Below are positions 29,451 through 40,400 of a DNA stretch of 64,000 nt, piece by piece (position 1 is the stretch's first letter; every line of letters begins with the position of its first letter). Made by a program: the position numbers and the translations under genes. The notes below the pieces were generated by a model that was given only the letters and a program-made list of their open reading frames with translations, had not been told where the DNA came from and did not search any database. The stretch covers positions 34,842 through 98,841 of the forward strand of contig CAZDCK010000007.1 of NCBI GenBank assembly GCA_964503965.1, given 5' to 3'. The stretch comes from an uncultured Enterobacteriaceae bacterium. GTDB lineage: Bacteria > Pseudomonadota > Gammaproteobacteria > Pseudomonadales > Pseudohongiellaceae.

Positions 29451-30158
29451 GTGCGACAAATAGTACTGGATACTGAAACAACAGGCCTTGATCCAGCACA
29501 GGGTCATAAAATCATTGAGATAGGTTGTGTGGAACTGCTTAACAGGAAACTGACAGGCAACCATTTACACGTTTACATCAATCCCCAGCGCGAAGTTGAG
29601 GCCGCTGCCCTTGAAGTGCACGGTATCTCAAACGAATTCCTGGCCGACAAACCGCTGTTCACTGATGTGGCCCAGAGTTTTATCGATTTCGTGGAAGGCG
29701 CTGAGTTGATCATCCACAACGCCCCATTTGATATCGGCTTTCTTGATCATGAACTGGCCGCCCTGAAGCGTGGCTACAAGCCCATGGACCAGTACTGCAG
29801 TATCCTTGATTCCCTGGTTATGGCCCGGAAAAAACACCCCGGCCAGAAAAACAACCTCGATGCCCTGTGTAAGCGTTATATGGTGGATAACACCCAGCGT
29901 GAATTGCATGGAGCATTGCTTGATGCAGAAATATTGGCAGACGTTTACCTGATGATGACGGGTGGTCAGTCTTCTCTCTCCCTGGGAAATGACGAGGATG
30001 ACCAGCAATCCGGTGGCGGGTTTCTCCAGAAGCTTTCTGCAGATCGTAAGCCCTTGAAAATCATCAGACCCTCAGAGGAGGAACTGGCGGCCCATGAAGC
30101 ACGACTGCAGGATATTGAGCAGTCAGCGGAAGATGGCTGTCTCTGGTTGAAACAGTGA
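29451..30158 (+). CDS. dnaQ: DNA polymerase III epsilon subunit (3'-5' proofreading exonuclease)
   Basis: 235 aa from a GTG start. Exo I is IVLDTETTGL, Exo II is IIHNAPFDIGFL and Exo III is HGALLDAEILADVY. Confidence 0.9.
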   Translation: MRQIVLDTETTGLDPAQGHKIIEIGCVELLNRKLTGNHLHVYINPQREVEAAALEVHGISNEFLADKPLFTDVAQSFIDFVEGAELIIHNAPFDIGFLDHELAALKRGYKPMDQYCSILDSLVMARKKHPGQKNNLDALCKRYMVDNTQRELHGALLDAEILADVYLMMTGGQSSLSLGNDEDDQQSGGGFLQKLSADRKPLKIIRPSEEELAAHEARLQDIEQSAEDGCLWLKQ

Positions 30159-30179
30159 GCAGATGCAGGCGAGTAATCC

Positions 30180-30208
30180 TTGATACCCACTGCCACCGTG
30201 CTTATAAT
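30180..30208 (+). promoter_or_regulatory. near-consensus sigma-70 promoter for the downstream permease gene
   Basis: TTGATA (30180-30185), an exact 17-nt spacer, then TATAAT (30203-30208). It lies 66 bp upstream of the ATG at 30275. Confidence 0.5.
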
Positions 30209-30274
30209 CGACAGCCTTAGATAATTGACAACCCCTTGTATTCCAACCACTTAAACTAATTATAAGGATCCCCT

Positions 30275-31660
30275 ATGGAAGTGCTCGAAATGGATACTGC
30301 AATGATGGTATCAGGCATCATTCTGGTATTAACCTTTATTGGTATCTTTACAGAAGGTGTTCACGGTTTTCATCGAGCCAAGTTTGCCCTTGGTGGTGCC
30401 GGTGCCATGGTTCTGGCCGGCCAGTATTTTGGCTTTTACAGTCCTGAGCTGGCACTTGAATCCATCGACTGGAACGTAATCTTCCTGCTGGGTGCAATGA
30501 TGACGGTTGTCGCCATCATGATCCCCACAGGTGGATTTCAGATGCTCGCCTACAAGATAGCCGACCTGAGTAAAGGGCGGCTTTTCTTTTTGATGGCCAT
30601 GATGGGTACGCTGGTTACAGTACTTTCGCTGTTGCTGGATAATGTCACTACCGTGGTCATCTTTGGTCCGCTGATCATCCTGATAGCCCGGTCCATGAAC
30701 GTGAATCCGATTCCTTACCTGCTTGCCGCAGCCTTGCTGTCTGACACCGGTGGTGTAGCTACCCTGGTGGGTGATCCACCCAACCTGATGATCGGTTCAG
30801 CCGCTGGTATCGATTTCAATACTTTCTTCTACCATATGGGCGGTATTGTTTTGGTTGCCTGGGTTGCGACACTGTTTTTCCTGAAAGTCATTTTCAAGAA
30901 AGAGCTGGCCGAAAAACCAACCCTGCAGGATTTCAGTCAACAGGAAGAACTGCATGACCCCTATACCTGGAAAGTGTCCCTGATAGTGCTTGGCATCATG
31001 GTCGTCGGTTTTATCATGCACAGGGCACTGCATTGGGAAGCCTGGTTTGTTGCCGGTATGGGTCTGACTCTCCTTGTCTTCTTCGGTAAGGAAGTGGATA
31101 TGGATGAACATTTCGCGGACGTGGAACTGAGCCTGCTCATGTTCTTTATGGCCCTGTTTATCATTGTTGGTGGTGTGGAACACAGCCACTTCCTGGAATA
31201 TATAGGTCAGTTTATTCTGCCTTTCGTCCAGGAAGACCTGCTTACTGCCTGTATTCTCCTCATGTGGGTGGCGGCATTTCTGTCAGCCTTTATTGATAAC
31301 ATCCCGTTTACAGCAGCCATGATTCCCATCATCCTGGGTCTTGAGCAGCAGGGTGTGAATGTAAACGCCCTCTGGTGGGCCCTCGCCGCCGGTGTGGGCA
31401 TGGGTGGTAATGGAAGTCACCTGGGTTCCACTGCCAACGTTTTCATCGTGACCATTTCCGAGAAACTGGCCAAGGACGAAGGCAGGCCGGAGCTGGCGAT
31501 TACACCTGGACTCTGGATCAAGAAAGGTTCACCGGTGATGATACTGACGCTGATTATCTGCTCCATCATCATGACGTTGTTTTTTGACTTCTATTCCAAC
31601 CCTTCCGCTGCTATTGGTGTCGATGTGGCTGGTGCAGCTGTAGAAGCTGCAGCCCACTGA
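30275..31660 (+). CDS. ArsB/NhaD-superfamily (CitMHS/SLC13-like) ion permease
   Basis: 461 aa, hydrophobic throughout with about 11-13 TM helices. It shows an internal two-fold repeat with LLDNVTTVVIF and FIDNIPFTAAMIP motifs characteristic of this superfamily. The substrate cannot be inferred. Confidence 0.7.
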   Translation: MEVLEMDTAMMVSGIILVLTFIGIFTEGVHGFHRAKFALGGAGAMVLAGQYFGFYSPELALESIDWNVIFLLGAMMTVVAIMIPTGGFQMLAYKIADLSKGRLFFLMAMMGTLVTVLSLLLDNVTTVVIFGPLIILIARSMNVNPIPYLLAAALLSDTGGVATLVGDPPNLMIGSAAGIDFNTFFYHMGGIVLVAWVATLFFLKVIFKKELAEKPTLQDFSQQEELHDPYTWKVSLIVLGIMVVGFIMHRALHWEAWFVAGMGLTLLVFFGKEVDMDEHFADVELSLLMFFMALFIIVGGVEHSHFLEYIGQFILPFVQEDLLTACILLMWVAAFLSAFIDNIPFTAAMIPIILGLEQQGVNVNALWWALAAGVGMGGNGSHLGSTANVFIVTISEKLAKDEGRPELAITPGLWIKKGSPVMILTLIICSIIMTLFFDFYSNPSAAIGVDVAGAAVEAAAH

Positions 31661-31677
31661 TATGGCCTGATAACAAG

Positions 31678-31709
31678 GGGATCTGCCTTCGGGCAGGTCC
31701 CTTTTTTTT
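31678..31709 (+). terminator. Rho-independent terminator after the permease gene
   Basis: GGGATCTGCC-ttcg-GGCAGGTCCC forms a 10-bp stem with one G-U pair and is followed by T8 (31702-31709). Confidence 0.8.
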
Positions 31710-31792
31710 GCGTGATTAAGCCTGCTTCAGTTTTATTCACAAACAGGGCACAATCGGCTTACTTTCAACCCCATGATTCTGGAGAACAACCC

Positions 31793-32842
31793 TTGGAGTT
31801 ACTGAGTGAATATGGCCTTTTTCTGGCCAAGACTGTAACAATCGTTGCAGCAATACTGCTCATCATGACGGCAGCAGTAGCCAATGCCATGAAACAGAAA
31901 AAAGAAGGCAAGGGACATATCGTTGTCTCTCACCTTAACGATGAACTGGAGCATTTCAGCCATGAAATCAGGCATGCGGTTGAAGATGAGGAAACACTGA
32001 AGCAAGCTGAAAAGGCTGACAAGAAAAAAAAGAAACAGGAGAAAAAGGCCCGTAAAAAAACAGATGGGAAGGAAGAGCGCAAACGCCTTTACGTGATCGA
32101 TTTTGACGGAGATCCCAAGGCCTCCCAGGTGGATGAGCTGCGGCATGCTATTACAGCCGTTTTATCCATGGCAAGAAAGGACAGGGATGAGGTGTTACTG
32201 CGTCTGGAAAGTCCCGGGGGCATGGTACATGCCTATGGGCTGGCGGCTTCCCAGTTGCACCGCATACGTGCGCATAAGGTTCCCCTGACGATCTGTGTCG
32301 ATAAGGTTGCGGCCAGTGGTGGTTACATGATGGCCTGCCTCGCCAGCCGTCTGATTGCGGCGCCATTTGCCTATATCGGTTCCATTGGGGTTATATTCCA
32401 GATGCCAAATTTCAACCGCCTGCTCAAGAACAACAATGTGGATTTTGAACAGATTACTTCAGGAGAATACAAGCGCACTTTGACCATGTTTGGAGAAAAT
32501 ACGGACAAGGGCCGGCAGAAGCTGACTGAGGAGATCCAGGAGGCTCACCAGTTGTTCAAGGATTTTATCCGGGAAGCACGGCCTGACATGGATATTGAAA
32601 AACTGGCGACAGGAGAGGTCTGGTATGGGTCAAAAGCGCTATCACTGGGTCTTATCGATGAAATCAGCACCAGTGACGAAGTCATTGTTGACGCCTGTGC
32701 CGACAGGGATGTTTACCATGTGTCCTATGAGAGAAAGAAGTCCATCTCGGACAAACTGGGTAAAGTAGTCGAATCTTCCCTGGATAACACGCTTATGCGC
32801 TGGCTACAGCGTTCCAAAAACAGGAATGACCTGGTTTCCTGA
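31793..32842 (+). CDS. sohB: protease SohB (peptidase S49)
   Basis: LELLSEYGLFLAKTVTIVAAILL matches the E. coli SohB N-terminus (MELLSEYGLFLAK...). The S49 core has GGMVHAYG and VAASGGYMMA (catalytic Ser). The track start at GTG 31712 falls right after a strong terminator, so in-frame TTG 31793 is more plausible. Confidence 0.8.
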   Translation: MELLSEYGLFLAKTVTIVAAILLIMTAAVANAMKQKKEGKGHIVVSHLNDELEHFSHEIRHAVEDEETLKQAEKADKKKKKQEKKARKKTDGKEERKRLYVIDFDGDPKASQVDELRHAITAVLSMARKDRDEVLLRLESPGGMVHAYGLAASQLHRIRAHKVPLTICVDKVAASGGYMMACLASRLIAAPFAYIGSIGVIFQMPNFNRLLKNNNVDFEQITSGEYKRTLTMFGENTDKGRQKLTEEIQEAHQLFKDFIREARPDMDIEKLATGEVWYGSKALSLGLIDEISTSDEVIVDACADRDVYHVSYERKKSISDKLGKVVESSLDNTLMRWLQRSKNRNDLVS

Positions 32843-32847
32843 TCTTC

Positions 32848-33348
32848 TCAGCGGCGCTGGAAAAGGGGTTCCGGCGTCTCAATAGTACTCTGGTAGTTTT
32901 CGCTAAAATCATTGAATGACGCTAGGGCTTCCTCGGCATTGATCCCATCTTCAAGTTCAAAACTATTGATACCACAGCGTTTCATATAAAACAGCTGATC
33001 CCTGAGTACATCCCCAATAGCTCGCAGTTCGCCCTTGAAGGAAAGGCGGCCACGTAGAATGGCAGCACTTGAAAAAGCCCGGCCATCCCTAAAGACAGGA
33101 AAGTTCAGGGCTATCAATGGCAGGTCTCCGGCATCATAGGCCAGCTCATAGGGATCATCATCGCTATCGAGCCAGACACCAACCGTTTTGCCGGATTCAC
33201 CAAGTTCCCCCTTATGTTCCTGCCACAGGCTGAAGGGCACTATGACATGATCTTCAACGGCATCCAGGGCTTCGGCCAGTTCTGTTTCTTTCTGGACCGT
33301 GTGCCAGGGGTTATCGATTATTGCTCCGTCCTTAATCAGCGTTGGCAT
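32848..33348 (-). CDS. DUF934-family protein (sulfite-reductase-associated)
   Basis: About 166 aa from MPTLIKDGAIIDNPW. FPVFRDGRAFSSAAILR...GELRAIGDVLRDQLFYMKRCGINSF is the pattern I recall for DUF934. Its start overlaps the cysI stop by 17 nt. The track start at 33438 lies inside cysI. Confidence 0.7.
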   Translation of the reverse strand: MPTLIKDGAIIDNPWHTVQKETELAEALDAVEDHVIVPFSLWQEHKGELGESGKTVGVWLDSDDDPYELAYDAGDLPLIALNFPVFRDGRAFSSAAILRGRLSFKGELRAIGDVLRDQLFYMKRCGINSFELEDGINAEEALASFNDFSENYQSTIETPEPLFQRR

Positions 33349-34990
33349 AGACGCGCTCCTTGAAAGGTTCCATACCCAGGCGGTTGTAGGTATCCAGAAA
33401 TGTTTCAGAATCCTGGCGATTATCCAGGTACACGGCAATGAGTTTTTCCATCACATCGGGCATGTCTTCCTGGGCAAAAGAGGGCCCAAGGACCTTGCCA
33501 AGCTGTGTTGTCCGGTCTGAACTGCCACCCAGAGTGACCTGGTAAAATTCCTGCCCCTTCTTATCCACACCGAGAATGCCGATATTGCCAACGTGGTGAT
33601 GTCCACAGGCATTCATACATCCGGAAATATTCAATGTCAGGTCCCCGATCACTTTCTGCCTGTCGATATCTTCAAATCGACGCTGTATAGATTCTGCGAT
33701 GGGAATGGACTTGGCATTGGCCAGGGAACAAAAATCACCTCCCGGACAACAGATAATATCGCTGATCAATCCAAGAGTAGGGGTAGCCAGCGATTCTGAC
33801 TTGCAGGCTTCATACAAAGTATAAAGATCTTTCAGGCGGACATCCGGCATGACCAGGTTCTGCTCATGGGTTACACGAACTTCCCCACTGCCAAATTTGT
33901 CGGCCAGGTCAGCGACATACTCCATCTGGCGATCAGTAATATCACCTGGTGCTACACCGGTTTCCTTGAGGCAGATATTCACGATCCTGTAGCCTGACAC
34001 TTTATGCGGGGCCACATTGCGCTCAAGCCAGTGACTGAACATCACATCACGGGAAGCTGCTTCGTCGATGCCCGCATCGCTGTCTTCAAGTACTTCATAA
34101 TCCGGATCGGTGAAGTATGCCCTGCACCGTTCAACTTCTTTCGTGGTAAGCGTGGCAGGACCATCCTTGTCATGTAGCCACTCAGCTTCGACTTTCTCGC
34201 GGAAGGCATCAGCCCCCATGGCCTTGACCAGGATCTTGATACGGGCCTTGTATTTGTTGTCACGACGCCCAAAGCGGTTGTACACGCGCATAATGGCATC
34301 GAGATAGGTCAGCAGGTGCTTCCATGGGAGGAAGTCACATATTTCAGAGCCTATAACCGGTGTCCGGCCAAGCCCACCACCTACCAGTACCTGGAAACCG
34401 ACTTCACCTTCGGCATTTTTCTTGATGTAAAGGCCGATATCATGGACCTGCGTTGCCGCCTGGTCATTGGCTGTGCCACAGACGGCTATCTTGAACTTCC
34501 TGGGCAGGTAGGCAAATTCCGGATGGAAAGTGGACCACTGGCGGATGATTTCACACCAGGGGCGACTGTCTTCAATTTCATCAGGGGCTACTCCTGCAAA
34601 CTGGTCAGTCGTGGTGTTACGGATACAGTTGCCACTTGTCTGGATAGCATGCATTTCCACTTCGGCCAGTTCGGCCAGCATGTCGGGAATCTGCTCCAGT
34701 TTTGGCCAGTTGTACTGGATATTCTGGCGTGTAGAAAAATGTGCATAACCCTTGTCATAATCCCGGGAAATGGATGCCAGTTTACGAAGCTGGGCGGAGG
34801 AAAGGCATCCATAGGGAATTGCCACACGTATCATGGGTGCAAGGCGCTGGATATACAGCCCGTTCTGGAGTCTTAGTGGCAGGAACTGTTCTTCGGTGAG
34901 TTCCCCCGCAATGTATCGCCTTGTTTGCTCGCGGAACTGGTTAATCCTGTCCTGCAGCATCTGATGATCATAGTCGTCGTATTTATACAT
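33332..34990 (-). CDS. cysI: assimilatory sulfite reductase hemoprotein (ferredoxin/NADPH nitrite-sulfite reductase family)
   Basis: About 552 aa from MYKYDDYDHQMLQDRINQFREQ. The siroheme-[4Fe-4S] cysteine cluster motifs are CPGGDFCSLA and GCMNACGHHHVGNIGILG. It is followed by a DUF934 gene, as I recall for Pseudomonas-type cysI. Confidence 0.85.
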   Translation of the reverse strand: MYKYDDYDHQMLQDRINQFREQTRRYIAGELTEEQFLPLRLQNGLYIQRLAPMIRVAIPYGCLSSAQLRKLASISRDYDKGYAHFSTRQNIQYNWPKLEQIPDMLAELAEVEMHAIQTSGNCIRNTTTDQFAGVAPDEIEDSRPWCEIIRQWSTFHPEFAYLPRKFKIAVCGTANDQAATQVHDIGLYIKKNAEGEVGFQVLVGGGLGRTPVIGSEICDFLPWKHLLTYLDAIMRVYNRFGRRDNKYKARIKILVKAMGADAFREKVEAEWLHDKDGPATLTTKEVERCRAYFTDPDYEVLEDSDAGIDEAASRDVMFSHWLERNVAPHKVSGYRIVNICLKETGVAPGDITDRQMEYVADLADKFGSGEVRVTHEQNLVMPDVRLKDLYTLYEACKSESLATPTLGLISDIICCPGGDFCSLANAKSIPIAESIQRRFEDIDRQKVIGDLTLNISGCMNACGHHHVGNIGILGVDKKGQEFYQVTLGGSSDRTTQLGKVLGPSFAQEDMPDVMEKLIAVYLDNRQDSETFLDTYNRLGMEPFKERVYANAD

Positions 34991-35248
34991 GAACTCTTCC
35001 GGGAAGCATGTTTTTTTGTAAGAGCCGGTTAAACCGGTCAAAATTTCAAGCGCGCGATAATACTACGACGAGCTGTTTTGTGCCATGGGTGACCGGTGAA
35101 AACCGGAATAAACCCACGGGTAGTAGGGCTTTGCTTTATTTCTTGGCTGACATCATCGACAATGCGCGCTGCCTGTTGATTCCATTGAATCAGGCACCAT
35201 AACTCAAGTTCAACAGTATACAATTTCCAACGCAGGAACAGTGTTCAC

Positions 35249-35830
35249 ATGATTGAAATTACTGAATCCGGACAGGATTATCTGAAACAACTTCTCGAAA
35301 AACAGGACTGTGAGGGCATCGCCATCCGCGTGTTTGTGCTGGATGGAGGCACACCAAAGGCAGAAACCTGTATCGCTTTTTGCCGTCCTGGTGAAGAGGA
35401 GGACGATGATGAGCGTTTCGAGTACAGTGGTTTTAATGCATTTATAGAGAAGAAAAGCATTCAGTATCTGGAAGAAGCGGTCGTTGATTTCGCCAAGGAC
35501 AGCATGGGAGGGCAACTGACTATCCGTGCCCCCAATTCCAGAATGCCAAAAATCACTGATGACAGTCCGCTTGAGGATCGTATCAATTACATCCTGTACA
35601 ACGAAATCAATCCCGGACTTTCTGCCCATGGTGGATTTATCTCCCTGGAAGAAGTGACCGAAGATGGTATCGTTGTTTTGCGTTTTGGTGGCGGTTGCCA
35701 GGGCTGTGGTATGGTTGATGTGACACTCAAGGATGGCGTTGAAAAGACCCTTATGCAGCACCTTCCCCAGATCAAGGAAATCAGGGATGTTACGGATCAC
35801 TCCATTGATGAGAATGCCTATTACAAGTAG
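35249..35830 (+). CDS. nfuA: Fe-S cluster biogenesis/carrier protein NfuA
   Basis: 193 aa with an N-terminal degenerate A-type domain ([16 protein letters not shown]). The C-terminal Nfu domain carries the CxxC motif ([15 protein letters not shown]). Confidence 0.9.
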   Translation: MIEITESGQDYLKQLLEKQDCEGIAIRVFVLDGGTPKAETCIAFCRPGEEEDDDERFEYSGFNAFIEKKSIQYLEEAVVDFAKDSMGGQLTIRAPNSRMPKITDDSPLEDRINYILYNEINPGLSAHGGFISLEEVTEDGIVVLRFGGGCQGCGMVDVTLKDGVEKTLMQHLPQIKEIRDVTDHSIDENAYYK

Positions 35831-35842
35831 GCTGGTTCACGA

Positions 35843-36589
35843 ATGAAACCGGCTATCGGCATTATTGGCGGCAGTGGCTTTTACATGCTGGCGGAAAAAT
35901 ACAGTTCTGTCACTGAGTCAGTCGTAACTCCCTATTCGCAACTCCCTGTTGACGTCAGCAATGTCGAGATCGGGGACAAGAAAGTAGTCTTCATTCCCAG
36001 GCACGGGGCCGTTCATGCCATTCCTCCCCATAAAATCAATTACAGGGCCAATCTTTATTCCATGAAGTCCTGTGGTGTGGATCGGATCATTGCCGTTAAC
36101 GTGGTAGGCGGCATTAGTCCGAATATGGCGCCAGGTATGCTGATGGTGCCTGACCAGTTGATTGATTATACCTGGGGCAGGGAGCACACCTTCTTTGATG
36201 AACTTGGTGAGGCGGAAAATCATATCGACTTTACCTGGCCTTACGATAAGTCACTGGGCCGTTTGCTGGAGAAGCATGCCAGGGAGAAGGGCTATGATAT
36301 TCAGAAGGGGGGCGTTTACGGATGCACCCAGGGCCCACGGCTTGAAACTGCGGCAGAAATTCACCGCATGGCCCGTGATGGATGCGATATTGTAGGGATG
36401 ACCGGTATGCCTGAAGCTGCACTGGCTCGTGAACTGGATATTTCCTATGCCTGCATTGCGCTGGTTGTGAACTGGGCAGCCGGCGTCACTGACAGACTAA
36501 TCTCATTTGAGGATATTGCCACTACACTTGAAAGCGGTATTGCCGGTGTTCGTGACATTGTCCTTGCCAGCGTCGCAGAACTTGACTGA
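35843..36589 (+). CDS. S-methyl-5'-thioadenosine/thioinosine phosphorylase (MTAP/MTIP family)
   Basis: 248 aa. IGIIGGSGFY, FIPRHG..H.IPPHKINYRANL, CTQGPRLETAAE and VGMTGMPEA are PNP/MTAP family signatures. The position next to the csiV-like gene and mfd matches P. aeruginosa MTIP as I recall it. Confidence 0.85.
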   Translation: MKPAIGIIGGSGFYMLAEKYSSVTESVVTPYSQLPVDVSNVEIGDKKVVFIPRHGAVHAIPPHKINYRANLYSMKSCGVDRIIAVNVVGGISPNMAPGMLMVPDQLIDYTWGREHTFFDELGEAENHIDFTWPYDKSLGRLLEKHAREKGYDIQKGGVYGCTQGPRLETAAEIHRMARDGCDIVGMTGMPEAALARELDISYACIALVVNWAAGVTDRLISFEDIATTLESGIAGVRDIVLASVAELD

Positions 36590-36596
36590 ATTCTTT

Positions 36597-37490
36597 CTAC
36601 TCAAACGAAAAATCATTTACCTCGGGTAACTGGTATGGCCTGATTTCCACCAGTACGCCGAGATCAGGGTGATCCAGATAATGAAGCTCATTGCTGATCA
36701 TTTCCCTTTCCTGGTTCATTATGGCTACGGATGTGATGGCCGGAAGTGATTGTAATGTCGGATTATCAAGGGCCGGGCCAACAAAAGGGGGTAACGGGAT
36801 AGTCCATTCCTGACCAAGGGCATTGGCTTCAGTGCCAAAAGTCAACAGCCAAAGTCTGGCTTCCACATCAACCCGGTTAATGTCATAACTGAAACGCAAT
36901 GATCCTTCGAGTTCAGTATGGATGCCATTGCTGGAACCACCTGCAACAAAAATGGCATCGGCCTGGGCGCGGTTAAGGACCGGCTGTCTCCATACAGCAT
37001 GAAACAATAACCTGTGTTCTACGGAGGCTTCGATAGAACGGTTGTCCCTCGTGAAGTTTGCTGTGTCCTGTCCCAGTGCAATATACGGACTGCGTCGAAA
37101 ATCCATTAGGCGGAAGTCACTTTCTCCCTTGAACTCTTCCGGGCCTACAATTTTTTGTAAAGCCCTGTTTTGCTCTGAATTAAAATTCCGGCTCTGTGTG
37201 TTGTCGAATAATGATTCTAGCCTTTCGTCGACAGAATTTTCCCTGAAAGGAATCATGAAGCCGCTGCTGGCGGGTGTCAGTTGATGAATGGGCTCCGGAT
37301 AAAAAAGCCTGTGCTTTTCTGGAATAACCAGTTCGTTATGTGCATCGACATTTTCATTAGTAAAAATGCTCACCTCAATTTCATACCAGCGATTACCATC
37401 ATAACTAAATGTCTGGGCAGTTAACGTCGCTGGCAACATACAGTTTATTGTGATTATTAATCTGGCAATCATGAACGGGTGAGATCTCAT
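36597..37490 (-). CDS. periplasmic CsiV-like (DUF2803) protein
   Basis: 297 aa with a signal-like N-terminus (IARLIITINCMLPATLTAQ). NRWYEIEVSIFTNEN near the N-terminus and ELHYLDHPDLGVLVEIRPY near the C-terminus are the two blocks I associate with the CsiV family. The position directly downstream of mfd is conserved. The family assignment is from memory. Confidence 0.5.
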   Translation of the reverse strand: MRSHPFMIARLIITINCMLPATLTAQTFSYDGNRWYEIEVSIFTNENVDAHNELVIPEKHRLFYPEPIHQLTPASSGFMIPFRENSVDERLESLFDNTQSRNFNSEQNRALQKIVGPEEFKGESDFRLMDFRRSPYIALGQDTANFTRDNRSIEASVEHRLLFHAVWRQPVLNRAQADAIFVAGGSSNGIHTELEGSLRFSYDINRVDVEARLWLLTFGTEANALGQEWTIPLPPFVGPALDNPTLQSLPAITSVAIMNQEREMISNELHYLDHPDLGVLVEIRPYQLPEVNDFSFE

Positions 37491-37494
37491 GTCA

Positions 37495-40400
37495 TCAGGC
37501 TACCTGAAGGGATTGCGGAGTTAAAGCGGTAAGCAATTCTTTTGTGAAAGTGATGCGGTGTTCCGGGTCGCTCATGTCGGTGCGAAAGCGCAATTCTGTT
37601 GCTCCATTCATGCTGAATACCTGTGGTTGCTCCTGAACCAGTTTGACAACCGAGTATGGCTCCACGGCGGTCTCACTATCAAAAACTATCTTTCCATAAC
37701 GACTGTTGGCTTCAACCTTGCTAATGCCAAGAGATTCAGCCTGAAGCTTCATGTATGTCACTTCAAACAGTAATTTTGTCGGCTCGGCAAGCAGGCCGAA
37801 ACGGTCAATCATTTCAATTTTTAATTCATCAAGTTCACGGTTGTCAGCTGCATTAGCAATACGCTTGTACATCATGAGGCGTGTATGAACATCGGGAAGA
37901 TATTCTTCAGTGATGAGTGCGGGAATATGCAGGTTCACTTCTGCACCCGAGTGTAATGGATGATTGAGGTCAGGGGTTTTGCCCTGCTTCATCAACTTGA
38001 CGGTGTGCTCAAGCATTTCGCTGTAAAGTGAAAAGCCAATAGTCTGTATATGACCGCTTTGCTCATCACCTAGTAATTCCCCTGCACCGCGGATTTCCAG
38101 GTCATGACTGGCCAGCACGAATCCTGCGCCCAAAGTATCTGCAGCCCCGATGGCTTCCAGTCGTTTCAGTGCATCCTGGGACATCGACTTTGGGTGTGGC
38201 GTCAGCAAATAGGCATATGCCTGGTGATGGGAACGTCCAACCCGCCCGCGTAGCTGGTGTAATTGTGCCAGGCCAAACTTGTCTGCCCTTTCAACGATAA
38301 TGGTGTTTGCAGTAGGAATATCAATGCCGGTCTCGATAATGGTTGAACAGACAAGGACGTTGTATCGCCGGTGATAAAAATCAGACATGACTTTTTCAAG
38401 CTGGCTCTCACGTAACTGGCCATGTCCCACGCATATTTTTGCGTCCGGGAGGAGAACACGAAGATCTTCAGCAGCTTTTTCAATGGTCCTGACTTCATTG
38501 TGCAGGAAAAATACCTGACCGCCGCGCAATAATTCACGCTGGATAGCTTCCTTTATCAATCTAGGCGTGGACTCCCGAACGAAAGTTTTTACAGACAGCC
38601 TTCTTGCCGGCGGCGTGGCAATAATCGACAAATCGCGGATGCCTGACATTGCCATATTAAGTGTTCGTGGTATCGGAGTAGCTGTCAGGGTCAGGATGTC
38701 CACGTTGGCTCGTAATGCCTTGAGACGCTCTTTTTGCCTGACACCGAATCGGTGTTCCTCATCAATTATCAACAGGCCCAGATCTTTGTACTTTGTGTCG
38801 CTCTGAAGCAGTTTATGGGTCCCAATAACGATATCCACTTTTCCAGAAGCCAGCTGATCCATGTTCAGGGCATGTTGTTTACCGCTGACAAACCGTGACA
38901 TCAGTGCAATATTGACAGGCCAGTCGGCAAACCTGTCTTTAAAATTATCGTAGTGCTGCTGGGCAAGCAGTGTAGTTGGGACAAGTATGGCTACCTGGGT
39001 ATTATTACTGACGGCAATGAAGGCCGCCCTAAGGGCAACTTCCGTTTTACCGAAGCCAACGTCACCACAAACCAGACGGTCCATGGCTTTCTCCTGGCGC
39101 AAGTCATTTACAACGGCGTTGATAGTATCTTCCTGATCATCTGTTTCTTCGAAGGGAAAACTGTTTGCAAATACCCTGTAATCATCTTCGGGAATATCAA
39201 ACTTCTTGCCTTTCTGGGCTTCCCTTCGTGCATAGACATCCAGCAGTTCTGCTGCCACATCAATGACTTTTTTGGCGGCTTTGCGCTTGGCTTTCTCCCA
39301 CTGGTCACTGCCTAGTTTATTGAGAGGGGCATGGTCGGCGTCTGCGCCACTATAGCGGTTGATCAGGTGCAGTGATGAGACAGGTACATAAAGCTTGGCT
39401 TCATCGGCATACTCCAGTACCAGGAATTCTGTCAATTGGTCTTCTACTTCGAAAGTTTGCAGTCCCTTGTATCGGCCGATACCGTGATCAATGTGCACAA
39501 CCGGCGCATTGATGCGCAGCTCCGTAAGACTCTTGATAATGAAGTCAGCGTTGTCGGTGAACTTGCCCCGGCGTCGGGGCTGGCTGACATGATCGGTAAA
39601 GAGCATGCTCTCGGTAATAAGGACCATTGAAGGGTCGTCAAGCCACACCCCGCTTTCCAGAGGAGCCACCGTAATACCCAGGGAAGGGCGTTCAGTGACA
39701 AATGCCTCCCAGTTGTCCATGTGTTGCACCTTCAAACCGGAGGCTGCCAGCAACTCTATTAATGCTTCCCGGCGTCCAGCTGAATCTGCACAGAACAGCA
39801 CCGGCGTATCCTCAAGGGAATCCAGAAAGGTTTTGAGTTTCTCAAGCGGATTATCCCGCTTATGCTCAACGTCCAGGTCACCCACTGTATGGACGGGTAA
39901 GACTGCCTGGGATTTTTCCGGTTTGCCGGGAACCAGATTTACCTGGGGGTAGTCCCGAACAGAGGAAAACAGGGACTCTGTGGAAAGAAACAACTTGTCG
40001 GGAGCCAGCAAAGGTCTTTCAGGGTCGACTTTCCGGTCTTCATAGCGAAGACGCACTTCATGCCAGAACAGGTCAGCTGCAGCCGGGACATCACCCACCG
40101 TAAAAAACGCTGTTTTATCTGGCAGGTAGTCATACAAGGTATTGAGTTCTTCAAAAAAGAGCGGAAGGTAGTATTCAATGCCGGCGACTGCATTGCCTCT
40201 GGATATATCGTCATACAGTGGGCATTTACGAACATCGATATCAAAGGCTTCCCTGAAATTTCGCCGGAATGTAGCAATTCCCTGTTCAGTCAGGGGAAAC
40301 TCTTTACCGGGCAGAAGCTCAATGGTTTCAACCTTGTCATTGGACAACTGGGTTTCCGGATCAAAATGCCGGAGGCTTTCTATATCTTCATCAAAAAGTT

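Noticed and set aside
30159-30274. Checked for a tRNA after dnaQ (E. coli has aspV there), and likewise upstream of tig
   Set aside because: I could not trace a cloverleaf-compatible sequence (acceptor stem, T-loop GTTCRANYC). The region instead contains a near-consensus sigma-70 promoter for the next gene.
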